Of a stretch of DNA of 64,000 bases, positions 53,051 to 64,000 are shown piece after piece. Position numbers and translations under genes: made by a program. Source of the stretch: Callorhinchus milii (Eukaryota); the NCBI RefSeq assembly GCF_018977255.1, contig NW_024704742.1, forward strand, positions 45,324,001 through 45,388,000, written 5' to 3'. Position 1 is the first letter of the stretch. Every line of letters starts with the position of its first letter. Below the pieces are notes generated by a model. That model was not told the origin of the DNA. It did no database searches and saw only the letters and a program-made list of their open reading frames with translations.

Positions 53051-54419
53051 AAATGAGAAAAAAACTTACAATGTTATCACTGGGACAAAGTTGAGAGACA
53101 AGGAAAGGAAGAACAGAGAGGTAAAGATGGTTAGAGCAAAAATAAGCACAGAAAATACTGAAATAAAAATCAGAAAATGATTCCAAATATGATCGAAGAA
53201 TTGCACAGCACCACAATTTGCAGCTGTAATCCTTAGTTACATTGATTTGTCATTTGGTTTTGAAGTGCTGGATTGTTGTTGAATTACCAACCCGTTATCC
53301 TAATTTTATTTTAATAATGATGGTAAAATAGGGTGCTGCAGTCTTTGATTATACAATTATCCAGCTGTGGATAGTAGTAAGTAGCGCAGGACCAATTTTC
53401 TGATATCTTCCTCTTATTCACCATGAAGGGAAGGTAGCTAATATAAGGCTCTCATTAAAACCCCATCACTTGGTTTTCCTCTTCATTTCATTGTACTACT
53501 CTTGGGAGAAATAAAACCAGTTAGTTATTTCTATCCTTTTTATGTTGTATGTACTTAGTACCACTCCGACTTTCTTGAAGTGCTTATGTGCATTCTATCG
53601 ATTGTTAAGACTCCACACTGCTTTTGTGTATTCTTGTAGTGCTTTTATAGTTGATTGTACAGAGCTGGTTATTTTTGGAAAAGAAGTGAGACAGCAACTG
53701 TCATGCACTGTTGCTCTGGATCTGAAAGTGATTAGGAAACATGAAGCAAAGCACATTGAGCACATTTATATTAAAAGATTCCAGAGGCGAAGTATATGAG
53801 CTTTACAGAAAGACCCATCATTGACTTGCAGTGGGCCAGTCTGTTCATAATTGACAAATGATTGTGAAAATCACCTGGGCCATTTGAGAGCTGCACTAAT
53901 ATTTTACAATCATAAAACTGAGATGTTATATAAAAATTACAAGGATTCTTATTTTATTATTATGTTGGTTTGAATTGTAAGGTGCCAACCAATCTCAGAA
54001 ATGACATCTTTTTCAATGTTGACCATTATGAGATTTGCTATGCAAATTCTAAAAAAAATTATTGTGTTTGTTGTTATAATGTTAATCCTAACAGTAAGAA
54101 TCCTTTCATGTTATAGTACATCTCAAAGCACTGTAAGCAATCTTGAGATGTCCTCTGACATGAAAGGGGCTATGTTAAACTAATAGTCTAATGTGTGTAA
54201 TCACAGAAACATTTACTTCTAGGTTCAACCCATCGCTCCTCAAAGACTGTGACTGGATGACCTATTGACGTGGCTTTTTTGCCCTGTTTCAGTTAAGGAA
54301 AGGAAACCTTAATACCACAAATGTTTCTGCATAACAAGCAACACCCAGATATAAAACTTACTTTTCATATATTTTTGCGAAAAATAAAATCACTCAGCTA
54401 ATATGGGTTTGCTGATTGT

Positions 54420-54670
54420 CCCCGGCCACTCCACATCACCATCAGTGTCCGTGCCTTCAGCCCACTATGCCTCCAACCTCTGGAACTCCATGCATCAATC
54501 CCTCTGCCTTGCTTTGCCTTCTATTTATCTATTTTAAATCCCATTTTAATACTTGCCTCTTCCACCGAGCCTATGGTCATCTCGCCATCTATCTTCTGTC
54601 TTGTTCTGCCTCCAACTGCACCATTGTGTAGCATTGTGAAAGGCACTGTATAACTGCAAGTTGTTGCTGT
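54420..54670 (+). mobile_element. L2 3' fragment
   Basis: GCCTTCAGCCCACTATGC..CTCTGGAACTC..GTGAAAGGCACTGTATAACTGCAAGTTGTTG. Confidence 0.7.
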
Positions 54671-57600
54671 ACTTCCAGGCACTTGTGATTTTCTGATCCA
54701 CTTGATTCCCCCCTGCTCACATACTTTGGCTTAGATCAGGGTTATGCCATTATACTCCCAGATTTCATTAAAAGGCGACAACTAAGCAGGCTGCTGTTCA
54801 ATTTAAAACACAACGAAGACTTGCTTTGAGCTTGAATATTAACTTGCAGCTCGATATGTTTTACGCTTGAAAGAAAAAAATTAAGTTTGTTTATTTAAAA
54901 AAAACACAGGCCATATTCAATATCAATGCCTGTAATAGCATAAAAACTTTATCTGATTTACTTTAATAAAAAAAAAGATTTTTATTCATGAGGAGTAAAA
55001 TGTAGTGAACAACTGAAGTGAAATATTCACCTTAAAAGCTGTCTTCCTGTATTTTCATAAATCGAGAATAGCAGCCTGCAATGTAGCCACCTTTTTATGA
55101 CATGGCTGCCTGAAGAAACAATTATTGGGAGAACATTGGCAAAAAGAAAATTAGCTGCTTTATATCATAAATAAATATGATGTAAAGGGTATGATCCATC
55201 GTAAGTGATATCTGGTGTAAGCTTATGAATGTTCTTTGTGATTCAGTAAAAATCTGCACAGATTACATAAATACTTTTTTGAAGACAATTATCCTGCCTT
55301 TGATCGCATCCGCCTACACTATCGTGTCAACCTCGCGTGTCAGCCATGTATAGATTTCAAATCAGTATCAGATCGTAATTTATCCATTAGTGATTCCTCA
55401 AGTACCAGCTCTGTGTCTGCTGAAACCTTGTAAGAGTCTATTTACCACAATGATGCCACAATGATTTTATTTAACTGGAGGTCTTAGTTTGAACTTTTTT
55501 CTTATTGTTCTTTTTCAAAATATTCGCTTGCCTTTTTATTTCTGCAATAATTATGACTGAGAGGATGGGTGACATTTACAAAGGCTTTTTCCAGTGCCCT
55601 GTAGGGAAGTGTCTTTTAATTCCCTCCTCCCTCTCCCACCCACCACACCCCACACTCCAACACACACACACACACACACAACACCTCACGCTACCTTGCT
55701 TCCACTTCCCATGTGTCCAGAATACCATAGCTGATGTTGAGAATGTAGCATCACAACATAAATCCTCTTCTCATTACTCAGTAATACCTTTTGTCGGTGC
55801 TCCTATGTGATGTGCCACTCCTCTCACCTTTTACGTTGTTTTTTTTAACAAGCAAGATATTAGTTCAATGCAGGAAAATGTTAAAAAAGCTTTCAAAAAT
55901 AGATGCTGCATCACTTTGCAGGAACAACCTATCGAGGCAGTGTAACAGGATCTAGGTTTAGTCCATCACAACGCTGATTTCCCAATCTCAGCACCTCATT
56001 GTGAGAAAATGTTAAGTGAAAATCAACCGCCTCTACAAGGGAAGAAGGGAACTCTGGAAGAACTTTTGGCCATCCAAATATGACAGAGTTGAAAGGAAGA
56101 CCAGAAAAGTGAGAAAGGCAGTGGGACACCTATACCAATGTAGGAGCTGTTATAAATATTACCCATTTTAATGAGGAAGATCACAGTGTTCACACCTTCT
56201 GAAGGCAAATGTGGCATTTAACATTTATCACACATGCCATCTAATTGTGGTTTATATGATGATAAGTGATAATATGAGGTGAAACTAATTAATGAAACCC
56301 AGTATATTCCTTGGCAGAATTGGACACTGCTCAGCTAATCTTTTCCTCTTATGCCCAGTTTTTTGTGCAATTAAACTTGTTGAAATCGATAAATTAGTAA
56401 CAGCATTGCCTAAAATCCAAAGAAATTTCATTTCCTTAGCAAGTAAACGTAGCTTTGGGAAAGTGAACCTCAATTTGACCATCTTTATTGTTGCAATAAC
56501 GATTTCAATGTAAAAATCCAGAAGAAGCTAATCTCCAACAAATATTGTCACGATAACCTATTGTGAATACAAGGAAAAATTTTAATATTTCATTCGACTA
56601 CCAAGATGGTAGAGGGCGAACTAGATGAACCTTTGTCTTTTCACATCTAGCAATTCAATCCTATGTTCCTATCTCCATAAACTCTGTAATAGGAACACAG
56701 GACAGTAGCAACAAATGTTTCTCTGGATTACTATTAGAGGTTTTCTTGTGCTTTATTGACTTGTACTTTTATTGGTCAGACTCCGCCACTGTCAAGCGCT
56801 CCAGGACACTAGCCCCTGTGAAGGGTGTTATATTAATGCGAGTTGTTGCTGTTTGATGCATTGGTAGAGAATAGATTTTGAGTTATTTGTTACAAGGTAA
56901 TGCATTATAAAAAACATTTTTAATAGACACTGAAGGTTGCTTGATAAGAAGGTATTAGTGTTGTAATATATAAATGATTTCCATTTTGAAACTAAGCACC
57001 AAATAAATTAAATAGTCAAATTGTTCAATTACATTTTCAACATTATTATTATTAATTTAAAGAAAATCAGTAGTACCATTTTTTAATTTGATATACAGCA
57101 CATTCCTAAATCCAAATCTAGTTCCTAGCATTAAATCATTTTTCTCATTTCATCTGCAGAGTAACAACAAGTTTCAAAGTGGAGGCTTTTTTGTAGAATT
57201 AATGTTTCCCTTTGCAAGTATTTTATTTGGGTGGAACCTTTATTAATGCATATTATGGTCATCAAGGTGAGGATTGTCAAGTAGTGGGAATGGAGCATCT
57301 TTTCATGCTTTGTAGCCTGTGCCATCCCTTGTCAGTTATAACACAGAGTAGATGCAGGGTAAATCTTGATGTATTCTTTCATGAAATGTCACCAGCACAG
57401 TATCATGTCCTGTTTATACTGCTGGAAATACTGTTGAGCAGGATACCAATTTCTTGTTGTTGCCTTGGCTGAGAGCTGTTTAAAAACTACCATCTGACAT
57501 GTGTAATTATTGCAGACTCCAGTGCTATCTATGCTTTAATAAACTGAACTGTCCAAGATTTTTCAAAGATTGTTTGAACAAGGAGGTGCGGGAATTGATT

Positions 57601-58509
57601 TGCAACATGTTTTTACTGCAGCAATGGAAGTGGTTGTGGAAACCACTTCCTCAGGGTAGTCTCAGGCAATACGACTCCAGTGCAATTCACTTCCCAATCG
57701 CATTGCTGAACCTGATTTATACTGCACTTCTATCACCATGGAAAGCACAGAATAGACACAGAACACATCTTGCAGTTTCCATTTAGTACACCACCTATCA
57801 TTATAGGTTCTTAAGCATGATTTCCATTTAAAGTGGTACAGTAATTGGTAACCATTCGCAGTTTTTTTTTGACTTGTGAACCTGCAGCTAGTGCATGAGG
57901 AACTGGGTAATAATGACCAAACTAATTTCAAATAAGGCCAGTGAGAGAGAGGAGGTTTTATCCCATAAATCTGGCTTGATTCATGTCAAAGTACTCTTCT
58001 TATATTCAAGTATTGTTAAACTTTATGTATGCATGAAGGAAAGGAGAATAGAGGGGTTTGGGAGGAGAATAGGCAGAGGGGATTAGGAGGGATATAGGCT
58101 CATGCAGAGTTTAAACACCAGGATGGACGAATTGGGATGAATGGCCTGTTTCAGTGCTGCTCAGGCTATGTGATTCTATTTGAGTCCAGTGTACCATCCG
58201 TTTATGGATACCTTCCTGACTCAGTGAACAGTTATCAAAGCACATGATAATTGATGACCTTCTCTGTAGTTTACTAGCTGTTATCAGTTCTATATAAAAT
58301 ATCTACTTTTTAAAATCAGATTTTATTCTGTTGATGGATTAATTAAATTATTAATTGGAGGAGGGTGATTTGTATTAAATGCAAATCATGTAGTGATTTG
58401 AATTTTGTGTTAAAAATTGCTCACAAAGGCATCCGGTGAATCAAATCACTGTAACATGTGAAGGATTTGCAGAATCCATTCCATGTAGCATAACAATAAT
58501 GTAGCCTTG

Positions 58510-58925
58510 CCAACAGCTTGGTGTTGTCGGGTCAAAGCATTGCTTGGTGCAGCACAGAGACGTATAGACAAGAAGGTTTGATTCCTATTCTGTGATGAGT
58601 TAGCTCTTAGTTTTGGCAGCAGTTTGGAACAATGTAATTACCATTAATAACCTGTGGTTAGGAAGGGGATTGTCGGGCAAGGTTCCTGCTCTTGATTATT
58701 CTACAGAGACACCCTCCCCTCCACCACCTCCCCAATGGATGGTGTGCATGTGTGAATGTTGCTGAAACAGAATTGTAAAGCCAGTCAAAACCATCTTGTC
58801 AAGACTCAACCATGAGTAATGGCTGCTTGAGCAAGGTACCGAGGTAGATTAGTGTCCATGCACCAGGACCCACAAAAAAACAAAATGGAGTCAAGAAAGG
58901 AGGGAAGGGAATTGGAGGAGAAAAA
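58510..58925 (+). mobile_element. Ancient SINE relic (AmnSINE2-like)
   Basis: Homologous to 38380-38690 (-) and 44780-44900 (-); TCTGTGATGAGTTAGC and GGTTCCTGCTCTTGAT blocks. Confidence 0.6.
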
Positions 58926-61900
58926 GGTACAATGCAATTTCTTTTTCGTCCCCCCAAAAACTCCGTGAGCTTGAGAAGCATGTCGGCCTCGATTGATGAG
59001 AAGAGTCTCATTTTGTAACACTTTATCAAAAATGTTTTGAGCTGCTTCTTTTGAAATAGAATTGCTGGTAAGTGACAGGTTTGAAAAATTGATCACAGCC
59101 TTTGTAGAGAACATTTTCAGGTTGTGGGCAACATAAATACAGGCAGCACGCAACACATGAAATATTGCTGTATTTTAGATGTGACAGTTTTGTCAAAGAT
59201 TCCAACTTCGTCCTTTGGCTCATAACAGCTTGAGGAAATCAAATGCCATCTTTGCTGAAAAACTGTATCAATAGTAACTGTATTGCTTGCTGATTGTATA
59301 TTTGCTTTTTCTGTTGTTGATGGGATGTAATGAGTAAAGCAAAAGGTAGAAATTGAGCCAGATTATTAATCTTTATCAATAACATAGCCAACCTTAAACT
59401 GTTTTCTTAAATTGGTACTGGGTTGTACAGTGTGTTAGAACAATGAATTATGTTCTGAAGCTCTGACCTCTCATCTCATGATCCTGGTTTTGAACTGGAC
59501 CCAAAAAGAGGGCCTCTTCTCACTGAAGACTGTTAAATTGCCACAAGTTAAATGTCCTTTGCCAGCCTTAAAACTGTGCCCAGCGATACAAATTTACGAA
59601 GTCCCCACAAAAATCTGACTCCTAACAGACTCAGAGCTGAGAGGCAAAAGGATGGCAAGTGTTGAGAATGACAAAAACATGGTGGTGAACTCAAAACAAG
59701 TGCTCCATTGGAGACTGTTATATTGTGGGGCAGTTTAGGAAGATCACATTGCAACTGCCTTGTGTTGTATTGTGCCGTACCTAACCTGGGGAGTTCTTAG
59801 CAATATTACTGAGTGCAAACTGGAAAATATTCCATTCTCCAGCACTCTCATCCATGACTTTGATGGGCAAAAAGTGGTTCTTAACTAAAAGATGTCGAAT
59901 TTTTTTTATCGAGCTTTGATTCTGTAAGTATATCTACCTTTTTTGTGCCATCAGGTATTTTATGGATGAATTTCAAAAGTCTTCATACACAAAATAAATA
60001 AATATAGATGACAAAATATGCCTGGAAGAGATGTTAAAAATGCTGGTGAACTGACTTTGAAGTGCTGGACTAAGTTTTCATCACACCACTTTGCTGTGTT
60101 TCAAGATTCAGCTGGAAGCACAGAACGTTCCTACAAGTCTAACATTCATCAGTGCTTTTGATCTGTTTATCATTTCTTTTTGGCTGATTATTCCTCTGTC
60201 TGTTGACATCAGACTTTCTAGGTAGACTTCTGCCATTAACTATATCCACGTATTTAACAAACCAAGGAGATATTGCAACATGTGTTCAGAAACTGTACAT
60301 AAAGTATTTCCAGAGTTTAATCTGATGGGTTGTTCATGCCCTGTCATGCCAAAGTCATATTTACTGTATGTTTTCTCCCTCTCATTTTACAGATTGTTTG
60401 GACTGTTACATATTCTAATTTGAGTTTAAATTGTTTCATGTATCACTCTGAGCATGCCGTCTGATGGATACAATCACTTTTTAACCACCTATCAGAAATT
60501 ACAAAGCTATGTTTTGCACACTATAGTAATGATGGACAGAAATGCTCTATGTAGTATTTTATTGCCTTGTTTTTAGTGCACATCCATCTGAATATCTTAA
60601 TTAATATTTGGTCATGATATATTACTGTGAATTCCACATACTTAGTAAGTTAGTTATTGAATACATTTATTTCACTGTAAATAAAGCAATTTTTGAATAA
60701 CATTTTTCTTTGCTTATTTTCTATAATCACTTTGAGGCATCCTCCTGACATGGAAGGTGCTATATAATTTTATTGTACGGCACTGCTTGAACCAACATCT
60801 AAAAATTGCTTGCTGCATGTGATTTGCAAAAAATAGGTAAGGAAATCACCTACAAAATACACAGTCATTACACTACACATTAAATACTGTGAAGTGCTTT
60901 GAGATGTCGATCCAACGTACATGGGTTACTATTTTGATCAATTTTCCGTGTACATTAAACACACCAGATTTTCTTCGATTTCTACTTTAATACTCAAATG
61001 TATTAAAATTTTTGACATTGATTTAGGCTGGTGTCCCATGAACTGATCCAAAACCACGGATACTGACGGCAGGAATGCCAATGATAGCAGCTGGAGGCTT
61101 TGGCCAGCTTTTATCAAACCAATGTTCATAAGTCTGAACTTCTGAAGCAGGGAAGGGGAGTAGTGTTCACAGCCAAAATTTATCAACATTTAAAGATTAG
61201 TTTGCACAAAGTGAAAATTATCACCAGGGAATAACATCGCATCACATATCACATTTTTTATACCAATTTTTAATGTTCTTTCATCTGACTCCACTTGTTA
61301 CTTAAAAAACAATTCTGACCACATCCCATTTATATCTTCCTTGGGACATATTGTCTATAAATTGCTGAAACTAAAGTGCAAGTCGTAAATGCACTGGAAA
61401 CTTTCAAGACACAGAAATAGATATCAGCCCACCTTTACTCCAAACACTCTTCTGTTCAGAATTTGATGGTCCATTGACAGAAAAGCAACAGCTCAAGTAC
61501 CAGCTCATTATGTGTTCATTCCTTACGTTCATACTTGAATATCTTTTGATAGACAACCACACCACCACATCAGACATATTCACTGAAATAAGATCTTTAG
61601 ATCATTTTATCAGTGTACAAAGATAAAGTGTAGGGAGCAAACCAATTGCCAGTTAGCCATCCAATTTATTAAGATACATATTTTGTTCAGGCAAAACACT
61701 TTTTTGTACTTACAAATTGCATGAAGTAAAACCTTTTATTTTGAAGAAATGTGTGTAGTTTCAGGGGCACAAGGGCATCATTGTTAAAAAGGGGAATTGA
61801 ATGTTCATGCATAATAAAGTCACACATAAAAAATACATCAGAGCAACTCACTCTTAAATGTGTCGTTCAGAAATATCTTGAGGTTATTCAATGTTAAAGC

Positions 61901-62029
61901 TTTGGTGATGCCTTGCAAAGAATACTTACTTGGTTGCTGCGGACTGCTCTAAGCTTGCAGTTGAGTTCCCACAGATGCACATGCATTGGTGTCATTGCAA
62001 AGAATTTCAGACACACCAGGGCAGCAAAG

Positions 62030-62278
62030 AAACAAGGCACAGGTTCAGGGTGGTGAAGGGCAATTTCAGGACAGACACCAGTAAGTATTCTTTTACACAT
62101 AGAGAAACTAATGTCTTGGATGGGTTACCAAAAAGGGTGGGGGAGGCCGAAGCCTTAGACTTATTTAATAAACAACTAAATGCTGAAATGGGAAGAATGT
62201 AAGGTGCATATTCTGGAAGGATGAGATCAAATGGGCCAAAGGGTCTTCATCATCCGAGTTTCTTTTGTGATTTTGTGA
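62030..62278 (+). mobile_element. CR1 3' end, older subfamily
   Basis: TRHRFRVVKGNFRTDTSKYSFTHRETNVLDGLP; ATGGGCCAAAGG..(TTTTGTGA)2 tail. Confidence 0.8.
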
Positions 62279-63494
62279 GCACTGAATGCTGCCGTTTATT
62301 TCCCTAAAAACAACAGATTACATTTGTATAGCGCCTTTCATTCAGGAGCAAGTCACTAAATATCTTTCATAGACCTTGTTAACACTCAGTTTCCTCAAAA
62401 TTATGAAAAAGATCATGTTAAAAGCATATAATTTGAAGTTCAAACTCCAGAGGATTCCCCTTTATCCACGATTATGGAAATTTTACTGGTCATTTAATAT
62501 CTGTTTGATTCTATGGTACCACATTTTCATAGAATCATAAAACCATAGAAATCTACAATATAATAGGAGATCGTTTGATCCATTGTATCAATGTTGGTCT
62601 ATGCTCCTCTAATGAAGCAATTTATCCTAATCGCCATCCCTTACTGCACACGTGCTTATCTAGTTTAGTTTTAAATGCCTCAACCAACTATGCTCTAACC
62701 ACCATCCCCAGTAATTCATTCAAATATTGAGCAGAATTTGAAGGCGAGTTCTTTCAATATTTGGGGGATGGAGGTTTCAAGCAACTTTCAGTGATCAGAC
62801 TGTTCCTTATCTATCACTCACATTCAATGGATGGATAGGCAAGATACAGAGGTTGAGGATGCAAAAGAATTACAGGACTTGGAAGATTTAAGTGCTAATG
62901 GCATGGCCTTTGACCTATGCATGTTACTAAACAGCGTAACATTTTTCATTCCTTGAGAGTTTCACATTCACATGAATTTCTTATGTCATTTCTTGAGACT
63001 TTGAAGAAATAGTGAAAAGCCTGAAGCTCAATTTCCACGTACATAAAATTCTGCAAGCATGTTTGGCATGCTCGCTCTGTTCATAACAACCTACAGTATA
63101 GGAGTTGTACATCATTTGGGTCTTACATAGTAGACATTGACAGAAAACTTTATGGTCATTAGTGAATTGGGAGTAAACAAGGGAGGAAAGAATTGGATGC
63201 AATTGTATAGCTTAATTATTCTTTTCCATTGCTGCTTATTTGCATTTAGGAGATGGGAAAAATGTAGCTGCGGGGAACACTAGAGTAAGTGTATAGTTGT
63301 AAATTGTAGTAAATCCTCAATGTCGGATGGCTTAGCTGATGAATTCCTGATACCTAATAGGGTTTGGCACCCAATCATAGTTTCTGGATTTGGTTGCGGA
63401 TTATTGAGTCAATATTGTCAGAGGAATCAAATCCCTCATGTTAAACTCATTCTATTGTCTTCCATGCAATTGGCAATCACTTCACAGTATATTG

Positions 63495-63682
63495 TAAAAA
63501 AATAATAAATTGGTCACTTCAATCCATGACTGTTTGTGGGACACTGCTGTGTGCAATTTGGCTGCCATGTTTCGCCCACAGATATATAGTCAATTCACTT
63601 CACAGTCTATTCTGTGAAGCGCTTTGAGACGTCGAGAAGATGTGAAAAGCTCTGTATCAAATGCAAGGAATATTATTATTAT
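63495..63682 (+). mobile_element. SINE 3' half
   Basis: TGTTTGTGGGACACTGCTGTG..TGTGAAGCGCTTTGAGACG..TCAAATGCAAGG plus (ATT)n. Confidence 0.88.
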
Positions 63683-64000
63683 GGAGAATCCCTCTTATTA
63701 TGGACGACCTATCTATTTATTCTGCTGCTTTTCGATCCACAGTATCCTATATAGCAATCCCCCAAATAAAATAGGTCAGTCAACATTGTTGCGCAAATCG
63801 ACTAACAATTAGGTTCCCCTATGGATACATAGTCACTATACATTATAGTGTATAGTGCTATGAAGCACTTTGAGTCATCCTCCTGACGTGAAGGGGACTA
63901 CACTAAATGCAAGGATGATTATTATGATTATAAATATTTTATACAGTATTCTGTATAAATATTCTACTGGAAGGGCACAAGGGTAGACTTTAACCTTGTG

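Noticed and set aside
19790..64000. Known downstream PCDH7 exons (PFRRVTF.., MRLHPYITVFG as recalled)
   Set aside because: Not found by eye or in the ORF track; probably beyond the window, although short exons could be missed
1..64000. CRISPR array, operon or other prokaryote-type system
   Set aside because: Eukaryotic intron-rich DNA; the recurring motifs are dispersed retroposon tails, not regularly spaced repeats

Overview
Vertebrate genomic DNA, most likely from a cartilaginous fish (inferred from its CR1/L2 LINE and DeuSINE-type repeats). The only protein-coding gene is a delta-1 protocadherin, PCDH7. Its giant first coding exon (ATG 16594 to splice donor after 19771) encodes a signal peptide, 7 cadherin repeats, a TM helix and the proximal cytoplasmic tail. 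It lies in an extremely GC-rich, microsatellite-laden CpG island. The reading frame is broken by one apparent extra G in a (GGC)n run at 17239-17241, most likely an assembly error. Everything after 19772 is intron 1; the downstream RRVTF-encoding exons were not found. The rest is AT-rich sequence with decayed L2 and CR1 LINE fragments and many SINEs. Notable non-genic observations: a chimeric tRNA/CORE-like/Deu-tail SINE family, a TIR-bounded non-autonomous DNA element, a perfect 19-bp intronic hairpin, ancient AmnSINE2-like and LF-SINE-like relics, and a candidate alternative terminal exon. I found no convincing wholly new biological system. Repeat family names and human PCDH7 comparisons come from memory, not database searches, and repeat boundaries are approximate.
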